Shown here piece by piece: positions 37,817 through 64,000 of a DNA stretch of 64,000 nucleotides. The stretch lies in contig CP154954.1 in assembly GCA_039621445.1 (NCBI GenBank), forward strand, positions 8,496,634 to 8,560,633. The letters are read 5' to 3'. The stretch is from Euglena gracilis (taxonomy: Eukaryota). How positions within the stretch are numbered: position 1 is the first letter of the stretch; the number at the start of each line of letters is the position of its first letter. Position numbers and translations under genes: made by a program. The notes under the pieces were generated by a model that worked only from the letters and a program-made list of their open reading frames with translations, was not told the DNA's origin and ran no database searches.

Positions 37817-40800
37817 CTTTTTGATTTTTTTTTTTTCAGGGGTGGGTCGAGGTTTTTGAACTGCTGACACGTTGGCCCTCTGTGTGTGGATCTTCACCAT
37901 TCTCCAAGGATGAAACACAGGGACTTGGTGTTTTGGCCCTCCGAAACATGCCGCCGATTTTTGAATCCCCAGTTTGACCCCCAGGAAATAAGCAGTCACG
38001 CAACATGCCACGAAGACCCTAGTCCTGTCCGCCACATTCCCCGTGTGGAACCTGCCAGTGCCAGGTGGTGTTCTGGAGGTCGGCAGACCTTTCGGAGGTT
38101 GGCAAACGTTCTGGAGTCTGTTGCAGTCTTTTTTTTTTAATTTTGGACCCGGGGGGGGGGTAATGTGTGTCCGTCGGACCCCCCCTCCCGGGTAGGGGGG
38201 GTACCCAGCGTCCAGGGTGGGCAGGGGACGTCCCTCCCCCTGGTCCCTCCTCCTGGTCTATTGACCACCCAATGATTCAGCCTTGTCTTGGCCCAGACAC
38301 TTCGGGAAAGGCTGGTCCACACCACATATACACTCCCCATGAATCTCAGAGATTAGAGAAGCTCAAAATCCCAAAAAATGTGCCTGTTCCGCTACGGTAT
38401 GGATCTGCAAGGACACTCACCATCCCCCCCCTAACCAGAGCTGCAAACCTTGTAACCATGGCATCGTTCTCCACGGAGCCATGCGTGCAAGCCTGTGAAG
38501 CACCGACTGCATGATCTCACGGAAGACCTGTTTGTGTATGTGTGTGTGCTCCCTTTTTTTTGCCACCGTGAGTTTTCTCTGAGTGATTCTCTCTCTCTCT
38601 CTCTCTCTCTCTATGAATGCAGTTGTGTCCAATGGTTTTTTTTTTGCTTTTTTGTCGAGCAAAACAATTTCTCCCTCAAACACAATGGTTGGGTGTCAAT
38701 TTCATTTCATATACACTTGTTTTTCCAATGTCTTGGGAAGGACACACAAAAACGGAAGTTTTTTTTTCTTCAAGACCAAGCCCCCCCAACCAATGATCAG
38801 ACCCAGTGCCTCTCGACTCCGTTGCTGTATGGATATGCAGGGGGGGGGAATTGAACAAAAAAAATGCGGTGGGTTCTGGACAAATTTTGGCCAGGATCCC
38901 CCCCCCCATTTTTCAGGATTCATCCAGGATTTTCCCCGGCAAATTTAAGAAAAATTCACTCCCCTGATGAACGTCCAACGGTTTTTTTTTCAGCGCGCCA
39001 ATTCTTGGAATGTATTTTTGTTCCAAATCAGCTGTTTTGAAGGTGTATTCACCATCCAAAATGAAAGAATGCGTTTTTGTGGTTTATTTTGCAACTTGGA
39101 GTTTAGGGTTTGACCAATTTTGGAACTTTGCATTAGAAAACCCCAGGAATTGATGTGAATCCTGATGGGTTCCCCTGAGAACGGGAAATATTTTTCGTCC
39201 AATTTTCCCAGACGTTTTAAGCGGGCGTCCAGAATTTTTCCTGTGTTTTAAGGATCTGTGCAATAACTTCCACACATAATTCATTATTATTATTTAATTG
39301 TTAGCAATTGTTCCCAGGTGACCAAAATGGGTATTGCTTTATTTTTCATGACGAAGGGCTCCCCAAAAACAATCATTCATTAGGTGCCAAAACCTAGGGG
39401 AGGAAACACAAGCACGCTATTTTTGTGGTTTTTTTTATGTTTTTCGATTTGGCATGTTTTCGTTTTTGTTTGTGTGTTTTGTGTGTTTTGTGTTTTTTAT
39501 CCTGGCGATTTTTCAGATTTTTGCTGGTAAAATCTTTTGGCAGTGAAAAAAATTCTCGCTTGGGCCCCGATTTTCCCCTGAGACCAAAAATTTTGTCAAT
39601 CCTCTACAAGTCCTCTCCAGGACCTCCTAAATAATTTTACATGCAACTTGCGTTTTTTCGCGTTGTTTTTGCTTTTTCTTCACCATTTTTTCAGGCCCAA
39701 TGTTACCCCCCCCCCCACCGCCAAAATCGTAAAAATTCTTCAGTGACCATGTCTAAAGTGCTTCCTTCTTCCATTATATTTTTTGTGACCGAAAAATGCC
39801 TCAGGCCCCCTTTTCGGGGGGAGGGTGAGGTTATGTGCAGTGATCATTCGTAGGCAGCATTGAAATCCTTTTTTTTGAAGGAGCGTGCAATTTTCATACG
39901 ACCACCTTCCAAATTCTCAATTGTGCCTATATTCATGCACTGCAAAATTCTTTCTCCTATTGGGTGTGACAGTTTGTGATCCGCATCATCGAATCCTCAC
40001 AACTGCACTGTTTGGTCCAAGCCTGGGATATGAGACATGTGGGTGTTTCCCTCGGTAGACAGGCATTCCTTTATATAACAGAAGGCTCACACAAAGCTTC
40101 ATTGGCTTGAACTTATTTGGTCCCGCACACCACTCTCCTAAACGTCATTTCAAAAATCAGTTCTGTTGGCCCAGAAGAAGGGGCTCAAAGGCTTCGATAC
40201 AAGGAAGGTGTACGGGGTTTAGGTGAGGGTATCCACCCCTCCTGGACCAGAGGGACCATCCCGACCGGACCATCCCCCACCTGCCGGGGGGGGGGGGGGG
40301 GGGGCGGACCGACCTCGGGGGGGGGGGGTTCCCCGCCCCCCCCCCCCCCCCAAAGTCAAAATTTCCCTTCCGGTGCTTTGGCCTGAAAAAACTTTTTGCA
40401 TTTTCCACAATTTTTTTTGGGCCCCAAAAGTGCCCTTAATGGCACTTTTGCCTTTTTTTTTGAGGAAACATTTTCGGCCTGGCGCAAAGCGCCGGGGTAA
40501 AGATTAATCGGCTGGACCGCGCCACTGTTTTGGGGGGGGGTGCTCCCCCCCCCCCCCCCCCCCCCCTCCTGGGCCGGGGGTTCCCCAAAATCTCCCCCCC
40601 CCCCCCGTGAGACTGACCCTCGGGAAGGTTGCTGCCTTTGGCCTGTTCCGGCTGACTCATCATGTCCGCAGAGTCCCCAGCCTGCCTGGGAAGTTATCAC
40701 GCAGACTTGCCTGGTGACGAGTTTCCAGTGGGTGAGGAGGGCAGACGAAGGAGAAGGGAAGCCTTGAGGGGGTCGCCTCCCCAAGCTTCGGTTTCAGGCC

Positions 40801-43800
40801 AGGTGAGAGGGTGGGTCGGAACCCCCCCCAGAGGTTTTTTTTTAAAGTTTGGCAACCCGGGGGGGGGTGGGTGGGTGGGTGGGTGGGTCGGTTTCTCTTT
40901 TTTTTTTCTTCGGAATGTAGCGCTAAAAATTTTTGGACCCCAAAATTGACCCCGCCAATAAGTGGGTCCCCCCCGAAAAGCAAGTCCTCCCAAACCGCTG
41001 CCCCCAGAGGGCCCCCCAGTGGGCGGGTGGGCGGGCGGGGGGGGGGGGTGAGCCCTAAAAAAAACTTTCAGATGCATAAAACACGGACCCCCAAGCCGTC
41101 CTTTCGTTCCATGGCCGGGTGAGTTCACAAGCAGTCGGTGCCTTCCATCCCTCCCTTCCCTCTCCTCTCGTTTCGAATTCAAGTGCCCCGCCTCACCACC
41201 GACCTGCTGTTTTTGGAATGTGTCGGTCTTCTGCGCTCAGAAGCCAGTCCCCCTCTGTCTTTTGCCCCGCTCGTGCAGAGCTTGACCAGCTTTGAAGGAC
41301 TCCGGTATTTTTTTTTGGTTTTTTTACAGACCGACATGAATGGAATGAATGGAAAACCCTCGCTCAGACCGTGACCCTCGGACCGACATGAATGGAAAAC
41401 CTCGCTGACGTCTCCCACAAATCGCCACCAACCTCCACAACTCCGACCTGGGATGACTGCGTCGAAAAACTGTCAAATTGTGCGGCCCAGGGAGGGCCAT
41501 TGCTCCTCATTCTGACGACCATTATTCTTTTCGACCTCCAAAACCCATCCACTTTGGCGGCGCATCTCGCACTTAAGCATTTTTTTGGTCGATTTGCAGG
41601 TTTTGCAAAACCGACCAAAATCCATTTTGAGTTCCGAAAACACGAAACCCCCCCAAAGTGAAAAAATCACCAGTAAAACCACCAAAATTCCGGTACCGCC
41701 TCCCCCCATTTTGTGCGATGTGGCTCTCGTCACCAGTTGTCGGCGGCACCAGGACGGTCCTTAAGGGACAGGAAAGCCCCCCTTTCGGCCAAAGGGCCGA
41801 CCAAGGTCCGGACTGGGACTTGAACGGGGTCCATAATTAAAAAGTCCAAAAAACACATTTCTTGATGATTTGGGTGGATGGGCGATGGTCCAAGGATGCC
41901 AAGAATCAGTTTTTTCCCCTGATGTCGACCTGTTCTCACCGAAGCATGCCAAATTTCTTTGCCCATTTTCCTGTATATTTTCATTGAGTGTGCTGGGACA
42001 GCGGAGTTTTTTTTTTATTTGCTTAAGGACCGCCCTGGGAGGCACTTCCTGGCCCCCTCCGGCAGTTTTGACGCACTGTTTTGTTTTGCCGGCCTCGGGC
42101 TTGTGGTTTTGGACGTTTGCCGGAGCGCGGGGAACAAGGATGGGGGGGGGCTAGGGTGAGTCCAAACTTGTCGCCGGACAGGGACGCCGGAGGGCTTGCC
42201 GGGGTTTTTGTGAAGGCCCGTGCAGGGTGAAGAGAAAGTGGTTTGAAGGGGAGGGTCGCGAGCCCTTATTTAAGTTGCAGTGGGGATGTGTCCGGCCAAA
42301 TTGTGCGGTGGTGAAACGGGAGAGGGGATCACACAGATCACACAGGAATGGTTTGTTGCAGCCAAGGTTCGAACAAAGAAATAATGTCGATATGCGCAAT
42401 TTCGCACATCAACCACTCCAGGGTGCCCCAACGACGGCCATAAATACCCCAGGATTCACGCTGTTTCAAACCCAAACACCGTGAGTTTGGGAACGAAGAT
42501 GCGGTCGTCGGTTTGCGAAAATGCGCACACCGTCGATGTGTGTGCACTCATGTGCATTTGTGCAAAGTGACACGATCAAGTATCATGGCACATAAACAGG
42601 TCTCTCTGCCTTGAGCTTTCCTGAATAACGATGACTGGAAGGGTTTACTTTGCTCTGAAAACAGACAGAAATGCATTGAAAAAACACCTGTGTCAAACAC
42701 AACGTTGGAATAAAAAAAAAGGTCAGTTTGCGACAATGCGCACGTGGTCGGCGTGACACACTTTACACACCGAACATGTGCGTAAAGATGCACCTCGTGG
42801 GAGTGCGAAATGCACACCGTTAACGCGCACATTTTTTTGTGCACCGACCACAATAGAAAAATTTCAGACAGAACACATCAAGCACGACCACAAACACCAT
42901 TTGCAATGGCTCCTTCGGGTGTACAACTTCAGCTTTTACACGCTCTCCTCCACCACGAGGCCTTTTTTTTTAAGGGTCGATTCTGGCCCAGTGACAGGTG
43001 TAGGTCCATGTTGAGACCTGTAGACCTGTAGCACGTCGCAGCACACGTGCAGCGGCGTCGCTTGGGCAAAGGGGTAGACCTCGAAGACCTCTGCCACTTG
43101 CCCCCTGGCTTTCGTTTTGCTGCAATATTCACATCAGGTGATGATAGGTGATTGTACTTAAGCATCCACAAGGCCGTCATTAACTCCCCAATGCAGCAGC
43201 AGCCATCGAGGTGGCCGTGTTATCCCCCACAACCCACAACAATGGCAGACTGGAGGGGCATGCTGCGGGGTTGATGGAAACAATGGAAAGTGGCAGCGTC
43301 TTAAATGTGGCAGTAAAGATAACTGTTCTGGAGACAGAGAATATTTAATGGTAAGAGATGGGTGGGTGGTGTGAAAGAAGTGGGACTCAACACCCTGATA
43401 TTGTGCACAAAAACCGGTGTGCTGCATGTTTTCTGGGGAAAAAATGAGACATCATTGTGGTAAAAATGGAAAATGATTCCCAGACGAGGCATCAGGAAGA
43501 TCACACCTGCGTAAATCTGAAATTCTGGAAGTCGTTGTTCTTGAAGAAAAAATGTCCACCAATCACGCAGGGTTACACGTCATCAATTTCTCCCGCGCAA
43601 CTTCCAAACTGATGACGTGAAAACGTCTGTCGTGCTGGTTGGAGATGAGACATACAGACTTGCACACAGAGCGAAGTACATTTGAAGCCACCGTTCTTTG
43701 TCGCACATTGCAAAAGGCACCTATTCAAAATCTCACCCCAGTCTTTACTTCTAGAACGGAAAAAGGCAGGTGTTTTGTTTCATGCGGTGATGTAAAAAAT

Positions 43801-44226
43801 GTGGAGTATAATCCCCAAATTTCAAGTGGTTGGTGTGCGCATTTTCGCACATCAACCAGTTGTGTTTGCATATTGCTGGTGTGCGCTGATGTGCACACCA
43901 GCTTTATACAAATACATGAGCGGTCAATGTTCACTAAAACACACACCAGCCGCGCCGCTTACACCGAATGAAAATGTGTGGTTAGTGTGCGCAAATGCGC
44001 ACATCAACCCTTACTTCATGAACTTGTGTCATGTGAGTGTTCGGGTTCCTACAATCCCGCTACTGGGGGGGTCATACACACTCCACAACCTACAACTCCC
44101 GACCAGGGGAGTGTGGTGGGCCAGATCGGAGGATCGGGGGTGCCAAAGATTAAAAATCTTACTCAAGGGGGCAAAGGCCAGCCGACACGCCGCGACCCCC
44201 ATGGCGGGGGCGGAGGGACAACACAG

Positions 44227-45390
<1,164 letters not shown>

Positions 45391-45412
45391 GGTTTACACC
45401 TCACGATACATG

Positions 45413-45768
45413 TAAACCCCCCCCCTCCCACTTATAAACCCCCCGGGGTTTAATGGATCTGGTTTGGTTGGTTGGCCGAAGGGGGGGGGGTTTATAGGTC
45501 CCGGAATTGTTGGTGAAGATCCGACCCCCCAAAATGACCCTGAACCCCGAAATTGGCAATTTTTGGCAAGTTTCGTCAAAAATGGCATTTTGTTGATGGT
45601 CGGTCTCAAAAAATTGCCAAAAAATCAGCGTTTGGGTGGTTTGTGGCCGAAAAAAATCGTCCCCGACGGCTTTGTTTTTCTTCCCCGGGGGGGGGGGGGG
45701 GGTATAGGTCCCGGTTTGGTTGGTCGGCCCGAGGGGGGGGGGTGTTTGTAAGTGGGAGGGGGGGTTTA
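45413..45768. mobile_element. TA-flanked MITE, family A
   Basis: Similar along its length to 7675-8027. Confidence 0.8.
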
Positions 45769-46187
45769 AGGAAACATGAAGGTTACAAATTATCATCCTA
45801 ATGAGCTGTCTGGGACGTCTGGAGCAACAGACGGACAGGTGGGTTGTACACCCTGGCTTTTATGACTGTGGGTTTTGGTGCGTCCGTGCTGCCTGTAAGC
45901 ACCAGGTGATGCATACCTGTTTGAAGGCGACCGAATTTCCACCATTTGGACAATGTGATACGCAGTTAAATTAGACAATGATTGTGACAAAAAAGACTCT
46001 CCAGAACTCTGCCACTATCGACGGACCGAAATGTGTGTCTACCCGGTCGGTGCACAAGGGGGGTGCGGGTAGGACTTATTTGTGTGTCTGTGAATCGTTG
46101 TGGAGAAGCACAACGTGTTCGGTGTGTATTTCATTGATCCAATGAGCAAGTCTACACAGAAGAATGCGTGTGTGTTTTTTCTGCATG

Positions 46188-46580
46188 TACCTCCCCCCCC
46201 TTGTCTAAGCACCACCCTTGTCTAAGCACCCCCCCCCCGGTTCTTACCCATCTTTTTAAAGGTCATCGTCACGGGGAGGTTTATTTTTTGTGTGCATTTT
46301 TGAGGGAAATTTCTCAAAAATTTCGAAATTTCAGCAACTTTTGACACCTAATTTGGTGAGGTATTGTCGATTTCTGCATCCAAATGTGTGTAAGTTCAAC
46401 AGTGGACCTCCAAAATAAGGGGAATTTTTGCTTTTTGGCGCGAAACGCCGGATTTTTTTTTGCGGTCAATTTTTTCCCCGCACCACCCCCCTGGTTCTTA
46501 CCCATATTTTAGCAAAATAAGCACCCCCCCCCCCCCCGGTTCTTACCCATCTTTTCCGGAGCTTAGACAAGGGGGGGGTA
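46188..46580. mobile_element. TA-flanked MITE
   Basis: ta|cctcccccccttgtctaagc / gcttagacaagggggggg|ta. Confidence 0.8.
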
Positions 46581-46634
46581 CATAAAGGTTACATAATTGA
46601 CCCAAACAAACCAAAAGAACTGGAGTATTTCCCT

Positions 46635-47056
46635 TACCTCCCTTGTCCAGCGACCACTAAATATCGCTACTGACTGGGGGGTGGTCGCTATTTTGGGCAA
46701 ATGTCGCTACTGACCGGGGAGGGGGGTGGTCGTTAGACAAGACCGGGGTCAAAAATTTTTTTCCCGCTTCGCCCCAAAGTGAAGAAAAAAGTTTCCTTAG
46801 CCTGACATGGCCACAACTCTCAGACTCATGATGAAAAGAGGGAGAAACGTGTGGCAATCAACAAGGCACGAAACATAGGTTCCCGTATGTGCTGGCTAAC
46901 TCCGTACAAAATCTGCCATGAACGATGTAAGAACAGGCTGCAGGTAAGAACGCGAACGTCTGGAAAATAAAGATCACCTGGAAAAAGATCGTTACTGACC
47001 GGGGGGGGGTGGTCTTTGGACAAGGCCGGTCATTGGACAAGGGGGGGGGGGAGGTA
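46635..47056. mobile_element. TA-flanked MITE
   Basis: ta|cctcccttgtcca / tggacaagggg..gagg|ta. Confidence 0.7.
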
Positions 47057-47424
47057 CTTTGTCCATGTTCTCAAATTCTGGCTGCGAGCCCTGCCCCTTA
47101 CCTTTTGTTACCTGCTCACAGCAGGCAGATGGCACAAATTCCTCATGTGTTTTAGTGGTTGGCGCCTCACAAACCGTGGTTGCAATGGATTCCCATCCCG
47201 CGTCATTTTTCTGCAAACCGTCTTCATGCATCTTGTTTTTTTGTAAACATTGTGTATATTGAAGGCAGGTGTTTTTTTTTTTCAGAGGTCGGACCCAGAG
47301 GGGTGAGTGGGGTGGGTCATCGGACCCCACAGTCCACCAGACACCCTCGGGGGGGGGGTCAGGCCGAAACCCCCAGAAAAATTTCACATAAATTTGACAC
47401 CAAAATTGACCCCCAAAATTGGAA

Positions 47425-48078
47425 CGGCCTTCTTTACCAACCCCGGGGGGGAGTGGGTGCCTGGTGCTATGGGGTGCCTGCCATAGCAGGCACCCTCCCT
47501 GGGGGGGGGGTCAGTTTTGGACCCTGTTGCCTGCCCACCTAGCCAATTTTCCTTTAGCCATTTTCGGCCCCCGGCGCCTTCGGCGCCGGGGGGCGTGCTA
47601 TAGCACTAACCCCCCCCCCCATTTATAAGCCCCCTGGGTTTATAGAATCTGGTTTGGTTGGTCAGCTTCAGGGGGAGGTTTATAAGTGGGGGGGGGTAAT
47701 AGGTCATGGAATTGTTGGTGAAAATCCGACCCCCCCAAAATGACCCCGAAACCCCCCAAATTGGCAAATTGGCTTTTTGCAAATGTGGCAATTTTGATGA
47801 TAGTCGGTCTCAAAAAATTGCCAAATATCAGTTTTTGGGTGGTTTGCAGCGAAAAAATCGTCCCCCGGCGACTTTCATTCTTCTTCCCCAGGGGGTGGTT
47901 TATAAGTCAAGGTTTGGTTGGTCGGCCCGAGGGGTTGAAAAGTGGTGGGGGGTTTAAAAGTGGGGGCTTTATCCAGCCAAATCCCCCACCCCCCGTGGAG
48001 TTGAAAGTGCCTATCCCCCTGCCTGCCCATAGCACCCCCCCCCCCCAGAGGGTGCAACCTTCCATAAAAAAGAAGCCC
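47425..48078. mobile_element. MITE of the 8782/55179 family (reverse orientation) interrupted by a family A MITE (47607-47971)
   Basis: taccaaccccggggg start, gtgcctgcc..tagca repeats; TSD aattggaa vs aattggga. Confidence 0.6.
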
Positions 48079-49725
48079 AATTGGGATAGGGGGGGGGGTC
48101 CCCTTGGGAACCCCCTTGTCCTAAAGAAAATTTCCTGATTGAATTTTTAATTCTCTTCCAAAAGGGGCAATCCTTCCTGCATCCATTTCCGTGAAGCACC
48201 TTCATTACCATTTTGAATTTTTTGTTTTTTTCCTTCTGATTAATTGGTGTGCACATTTTGAACCACAAGTTTTTCTCCTGTCTGAATGGTTTGTGCATGT
48301 GCTGAATCTTCTGAACTTGGACATAACTCTTCATTTCACACCCTTCATTTCATTTTTTAGTTACAATTTGGCACGCATAGTGGGGTGCCTGGCACATGGA
48401 AGATTGCGAGTACTGCAGGGTTTCGTGTGTGTGCTGTGTGCAATGTCCCCCTTCAAGCTTAGTACTTTTCTCCCAGCACTCTGTCTGTGGTTCCATCTGA
48501 ACAGCACAGGAGGGATTCTTGTTATGCTTTGTTTCCTCTCGGATGGATGAAGCAGCTTTTTATTTTCAAGCGCTTTCATGCATATTTTATGACACCCGCA
48601 GCCCAACAAGAGGGGAGGGGGTCATGTTTGTATTCTTTTTCTGACGCAAAGTGCTGGGACGAACAGACGACATTTTGACAGTTTGTGTTTCAGGGCGTTT
48701 TTTCGGCAAGAATGTCTCAAAAAATCCCAAACTTAAACTCAGAAGAGGAAAGGATAGACGGTTTTGGATGACTCCAGTGAGCCCGTTGGATCTGCTTGAC
48801 ATGCAGGTGGTCTGGACCTTCCACGCCAAGGAGGGCAGAGAAGGAGAGGTACCAACTCCCACCTCAACCCGGGACGTCCTCCTGAAATTGCACCTTGGGG
48901 AGCGGTTCGCCCGGGTCAAGTTGGAATGGCTTCCGGGCTTCCTCATCAGTGAAACAAAAAGTACAGAATCTTTGCAATGATGATAAACATAGCAACTGTC
49001 AACATAGTTGGCACTCAGAGAGTTCATGACCACAAACCGCCAACCCCATTGCAATGTCAGACGCTGCTTCTTTCATATAGTTCTGCCTCAGTGTTTATCA
49101 TTCTGTGAAAGGGGTGGATATCCACTTCCTTCTGTTCTTTCTTTTCTTTACCTTCATTTATTTGATGCGTCGGATACCTCTTGTGATCCATAAATCAACT
49201 GCACCCCCCTGGTCGGGCATGTCACTGATGGGGGGTGGTCCCCCTCACCAAATGACAGTTTGGTTAATGGCAGCTGCCATGCACCTCTGTTTTCTGCTCA
49301 GGTTGTTGTTGTTGTTGGGCGTAGATATTTTTTTCAGCTTTGATGAGGGTGGATGGGTTCTGGTTGGGGGGTTCAGTTCTAAAAATTGCTTTTGTAGACT
49401 CCGCCTGTGCTGGAACTTGAGGGCCAGTCCCCCCAGCCTCCCTCTCGTCTTGCAACCATTCTCTCTCCGGTTTGAACGATGGCCTCCTTTGGGGTGCCCT
49501 GCAGGCAGAGCACGGTGGGGACATCACCCACAGCCGGCTGCCCCAACCCCATTCCATTCCCGGTCAGTTCCGGATGCTGCAATCCGGACCCGGTTGCAGG
49601 TATCACGTGGGACGGTTGTGCTTCCCCATCAAGGACCGCTCCTTCCCTCCCCCTTGCTTAACACTGGTCTTGTCTGAGCACCACCCCCCTGGTCCTTAAC
49701 CATCTTTTAAAAGTTATTTTCCTAG

Positions 49726-50206
49726 TACCCGCGCCCCCCCGGGCAATTGACGCCCCCGGGCAATTGACGCCCCCGGGCAATTGTCACCCCTGGCTGTGCC
49801 GGCCAATTTGTCACCCCGGGAAATTGTCACCCCCTTCCGTGCTGCCCAATTTGTCACCCCCGCATTTGCAGTATTGCATTGTGAACTTTCTTTTCGCCGA
49901 CAACTCGATTGATCTTCTATTTCGCTACAACGTGCTGAGAATTTTCGCACACCAAACGCTCTGTACAATATCACGACCATAGCTGCATTTTTCCTGTGTT
50001 CATTTGTGTTTCCGATGGTGTTCTTGGTCATTTGGATTAAATGTGATTTACATGGGTGGGCAATTGACGCCCCCGGGCAATTGACGCCCCCAAGCAATTG
50101 TCACCCCCCCTCTGTGCTGGCCAAATTGTCACCCCGGGAAATTGTCACCCCCCCTCCGTGCTGCCCAATTTGTCACGCGACAAATGCCCAGGGGGGGGGG
50201 CGGGTA
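49726..50206. mobile_element. TA-flanked MITE with gggcaattgacgccccc subterminal repeats
   Basis: ta|cccgcgcccccc / ggggggcggg|ta. Confidence 0.7.
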
Positions 50207-50899
50207 AGCGCTTTTTTAGTACATTTCTATCAGGAAAGCAGGTAAATTTATGACATCAGAGAAATGTGCGTGGCCTGATTTGGTGAGGTACTGTTGATTG
50301 CTGTATCCTAATGCTTTCAAGTTGAACAATGAACCCCAAAAATGAAGCACATTTCTTTTTTTGTCTGTCCTCCTGGTTTATATCCATATTTTGGCAGAGT
50401 AAGCACTCCCACCGGAAAAGGTGGGTCAGAACTGCCTGGCCAATGGCTTGTTCGGGGCTCGAATGGGGCCAAAAAAAAGCTGCGGCTTTGTTGCCGTGAA
50501 AGGTGGAATCATGGGAGGTCGGCCGCCATCACGGGCCGATTTTCGTGGCTCCACAGTCGGCCGCGGCCAGTCGTGGTGCCACCTCCCATCTTTGCTATCT
50601 TCATGGTATGGTATTATGGTATCCTCCTGCTGTATCAGTATGCGCCTTGGCTACCTTGGTTTCTTTATTTTTACAAGATTCTGTCCTGTGAAGTATCATG
50701 CAGCTGAAGCATACCCAACAGGTTGGCACACGCACACGCGCGCACACACAACATACTCAAGTATTCACTTCCACAAGGTTGCACAAGCATATATTCAAGA
50801 TTCAACCCACCACAATGAACTGGGTCAAGCCACAAGAAACCACAAATTTTGCCGAAATTGAGAACCGCAGAATCGAAAAGGCGTCCCCCCCCCCCGATG

Positions 50900-51298
50900 T
50901 AAACCCCCCCCCCCTAATAAGTGCACGGATGCGCGCATTTTAAAGACGTAGTTTCGGACCCCAAGGGGTGTGCACTTATTAGGGCAGGGCCACTTTTTAG
51001 GACAAAGCCGAAAATACTCATGTTTCCCCCACTCTTTTTCAATTTTCCCCCTATTTTGATTTCAAGCAATGAGTCCAGTGATTATGTGTCAAATTTGGGC
51101 TTGGGGGATAGAAATAGTTGGTCTGAGAAGGACAATTCTGAGAATTGTGTGTGCGTTCCGACCTGAGATGTAACAGTAATTTCTCCTTTGGGGGGGTGCG
51201 CACTTTTTAGGGAGGTAGTTTCGGACCCCTGGGGGGTGCGCACTTATTAGGGCACTGCGCACAATTAGGGCACTGCGCACTTATTAGGGGGGGGGTTA
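50900..51298. mobile_element. TA-flanked MITE, family B
   Basis: Copy of 11262-11663. Confidence 0.8.
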
Positions 51299-52502
51299 GT
51301 CTGTTTGGTGTGATTCTGTAATTGGGCAAAGCTAATTATTGCAGAAAAAGAAGACAAACATACAAACCAGCGGGATAAGGGTCGATTTTTTCCCAAACAA
51401 AATCGAATAGCAAGTGAAGAGAAAAAAATTCCAAATTTCCAGATTTTTTTTTTTCACGGAAAAAGTCCCTCATAAAGTCTTTTTGGCTTGGTATTGGATC
51501 GGAGAAGAACTCCTTTGACACAGAGCTGCCCAGGGTGGCGAACACCTCCGTTTTTTCAAATTAAGAATTGCTTGATTGGTTTGCATGAAACCTGAAAACG
51601 ATTGCTTTCGACCCCTAGGAGGGGGGTTGGGTTTTGAGATATGCAACCCTCCCAAGAAATCAGGCCCGGGTCTTATTTTTGGGTCCTTTGCTGGAAAGGG
51701 GGGGCGGTGTTATTTCTGGGGGTTTATTTATGGATTTTTTTCTTGTGCAAAAATGAGCCAAAAATGGATAAAGTGGGTCGGAAAGGGCTGGAAGAGCAAA
51801 CCTCGGTTAAATTTAATCAATTTCGCAGTTTTTTTTCCCCTTGATTTGAGTCTGAGTGGCAGTTTTTCCCGGAATTTTTGCAGTTTTGGTTGTTTTTTTT
51901 GGTTCCCGGTTCAACCCTGGTTCGGGCCCAGCCCCAGTCCGGGACCTGCTGGGGGGGGGGTCAGCCAGCAAAGCTTTTTCCAACCAGCCTAAGAGGTAAG
52001 AGGTGTTTCCCGCCTCTTGAGGTGAGGTGGTCCTGGGGCGGTCGTTAAACAACGCTTTGGCCGGGGGCCCGAAAAGGCGATATTTTCAAAGGATATTTGA
52101 CTGGGGATGAGGCAGGGATCCAGAACCAACCCCCCCCCCCAGGGCATGGGCCGGCATCCCACAGATATCCCACAAAGGCACCTCCCGGGGTTGGTTTAGG
52201 GCAGCCCGGCCCGAAACTCGTCCCGGTCGAAAGGTCAGGGTTTCGCAGAAAAAAAATGCGCAAAGGTGTTCAAAATCCGAGAGAAACAGCGCCAAAATCA
52301 TATAAATGCACAATTTGCCCAAAAACATGCCAAAGTGGCTCCAAATTTGCCAAAAAAATACGGAATTATGAAAAATCGAAATCCCGAAAGCCGAAATCCC
52401 GAAATCCGAAATCCTGAAGTCCGAAATCCCGAAATCCGGCGGCCCCGCCCCCCAGGGCCGTTCTGCGGGGCGCTTCCTCCCCCCATATGTGCGCGGCCCG
52501 CC

Positions 52503-64000
<11,498 letters not shown>

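Overview
Eukaryotic, repeat-rich genomic DNA, almost certainly from a euglenid (Euglenozoa); this is inferred from a trypanosome-type receptor adenylyl cyclase and from introns that lack GT-AG ends. Two + strand multi-exon genes can be rebuilt by hand: a transmembrane receptor-type class III adenylyl cyclase (~4.1-36.8 kb) and a VASt (StART-like lipid-transfer) domain protein (~52.5 kb to beyond the window end). About 20 introns follow the euglenid non-conventional code exon|N3-CDG...CHG-N5(6)|R with base-paired ends, and removing them restores the frame through conserved motifs. At least one ordinary GT-AG intron is also present. Main observation: several of these introns are intact MITEs with terminal inverted repeats (TIRs) and 8-bp target-site duplications (TSDs). 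The 3 nt + 5 nt splice offsets remove exactly one 8-bp TSD copy. Sister copies of the same MITE families sit free inside other introns, so a TIR transposon appears to be making scar-free non-GT-AG introns. The rest of the window is nested MITEs (8-bp, 7-bp and TA TSD classes), long (CA)n/(TG)n tracts and a decayed intronless ORF region on the - strand. Exon boundaries are inferred without transcript data, and most ORFs in the supplied track are spurious.
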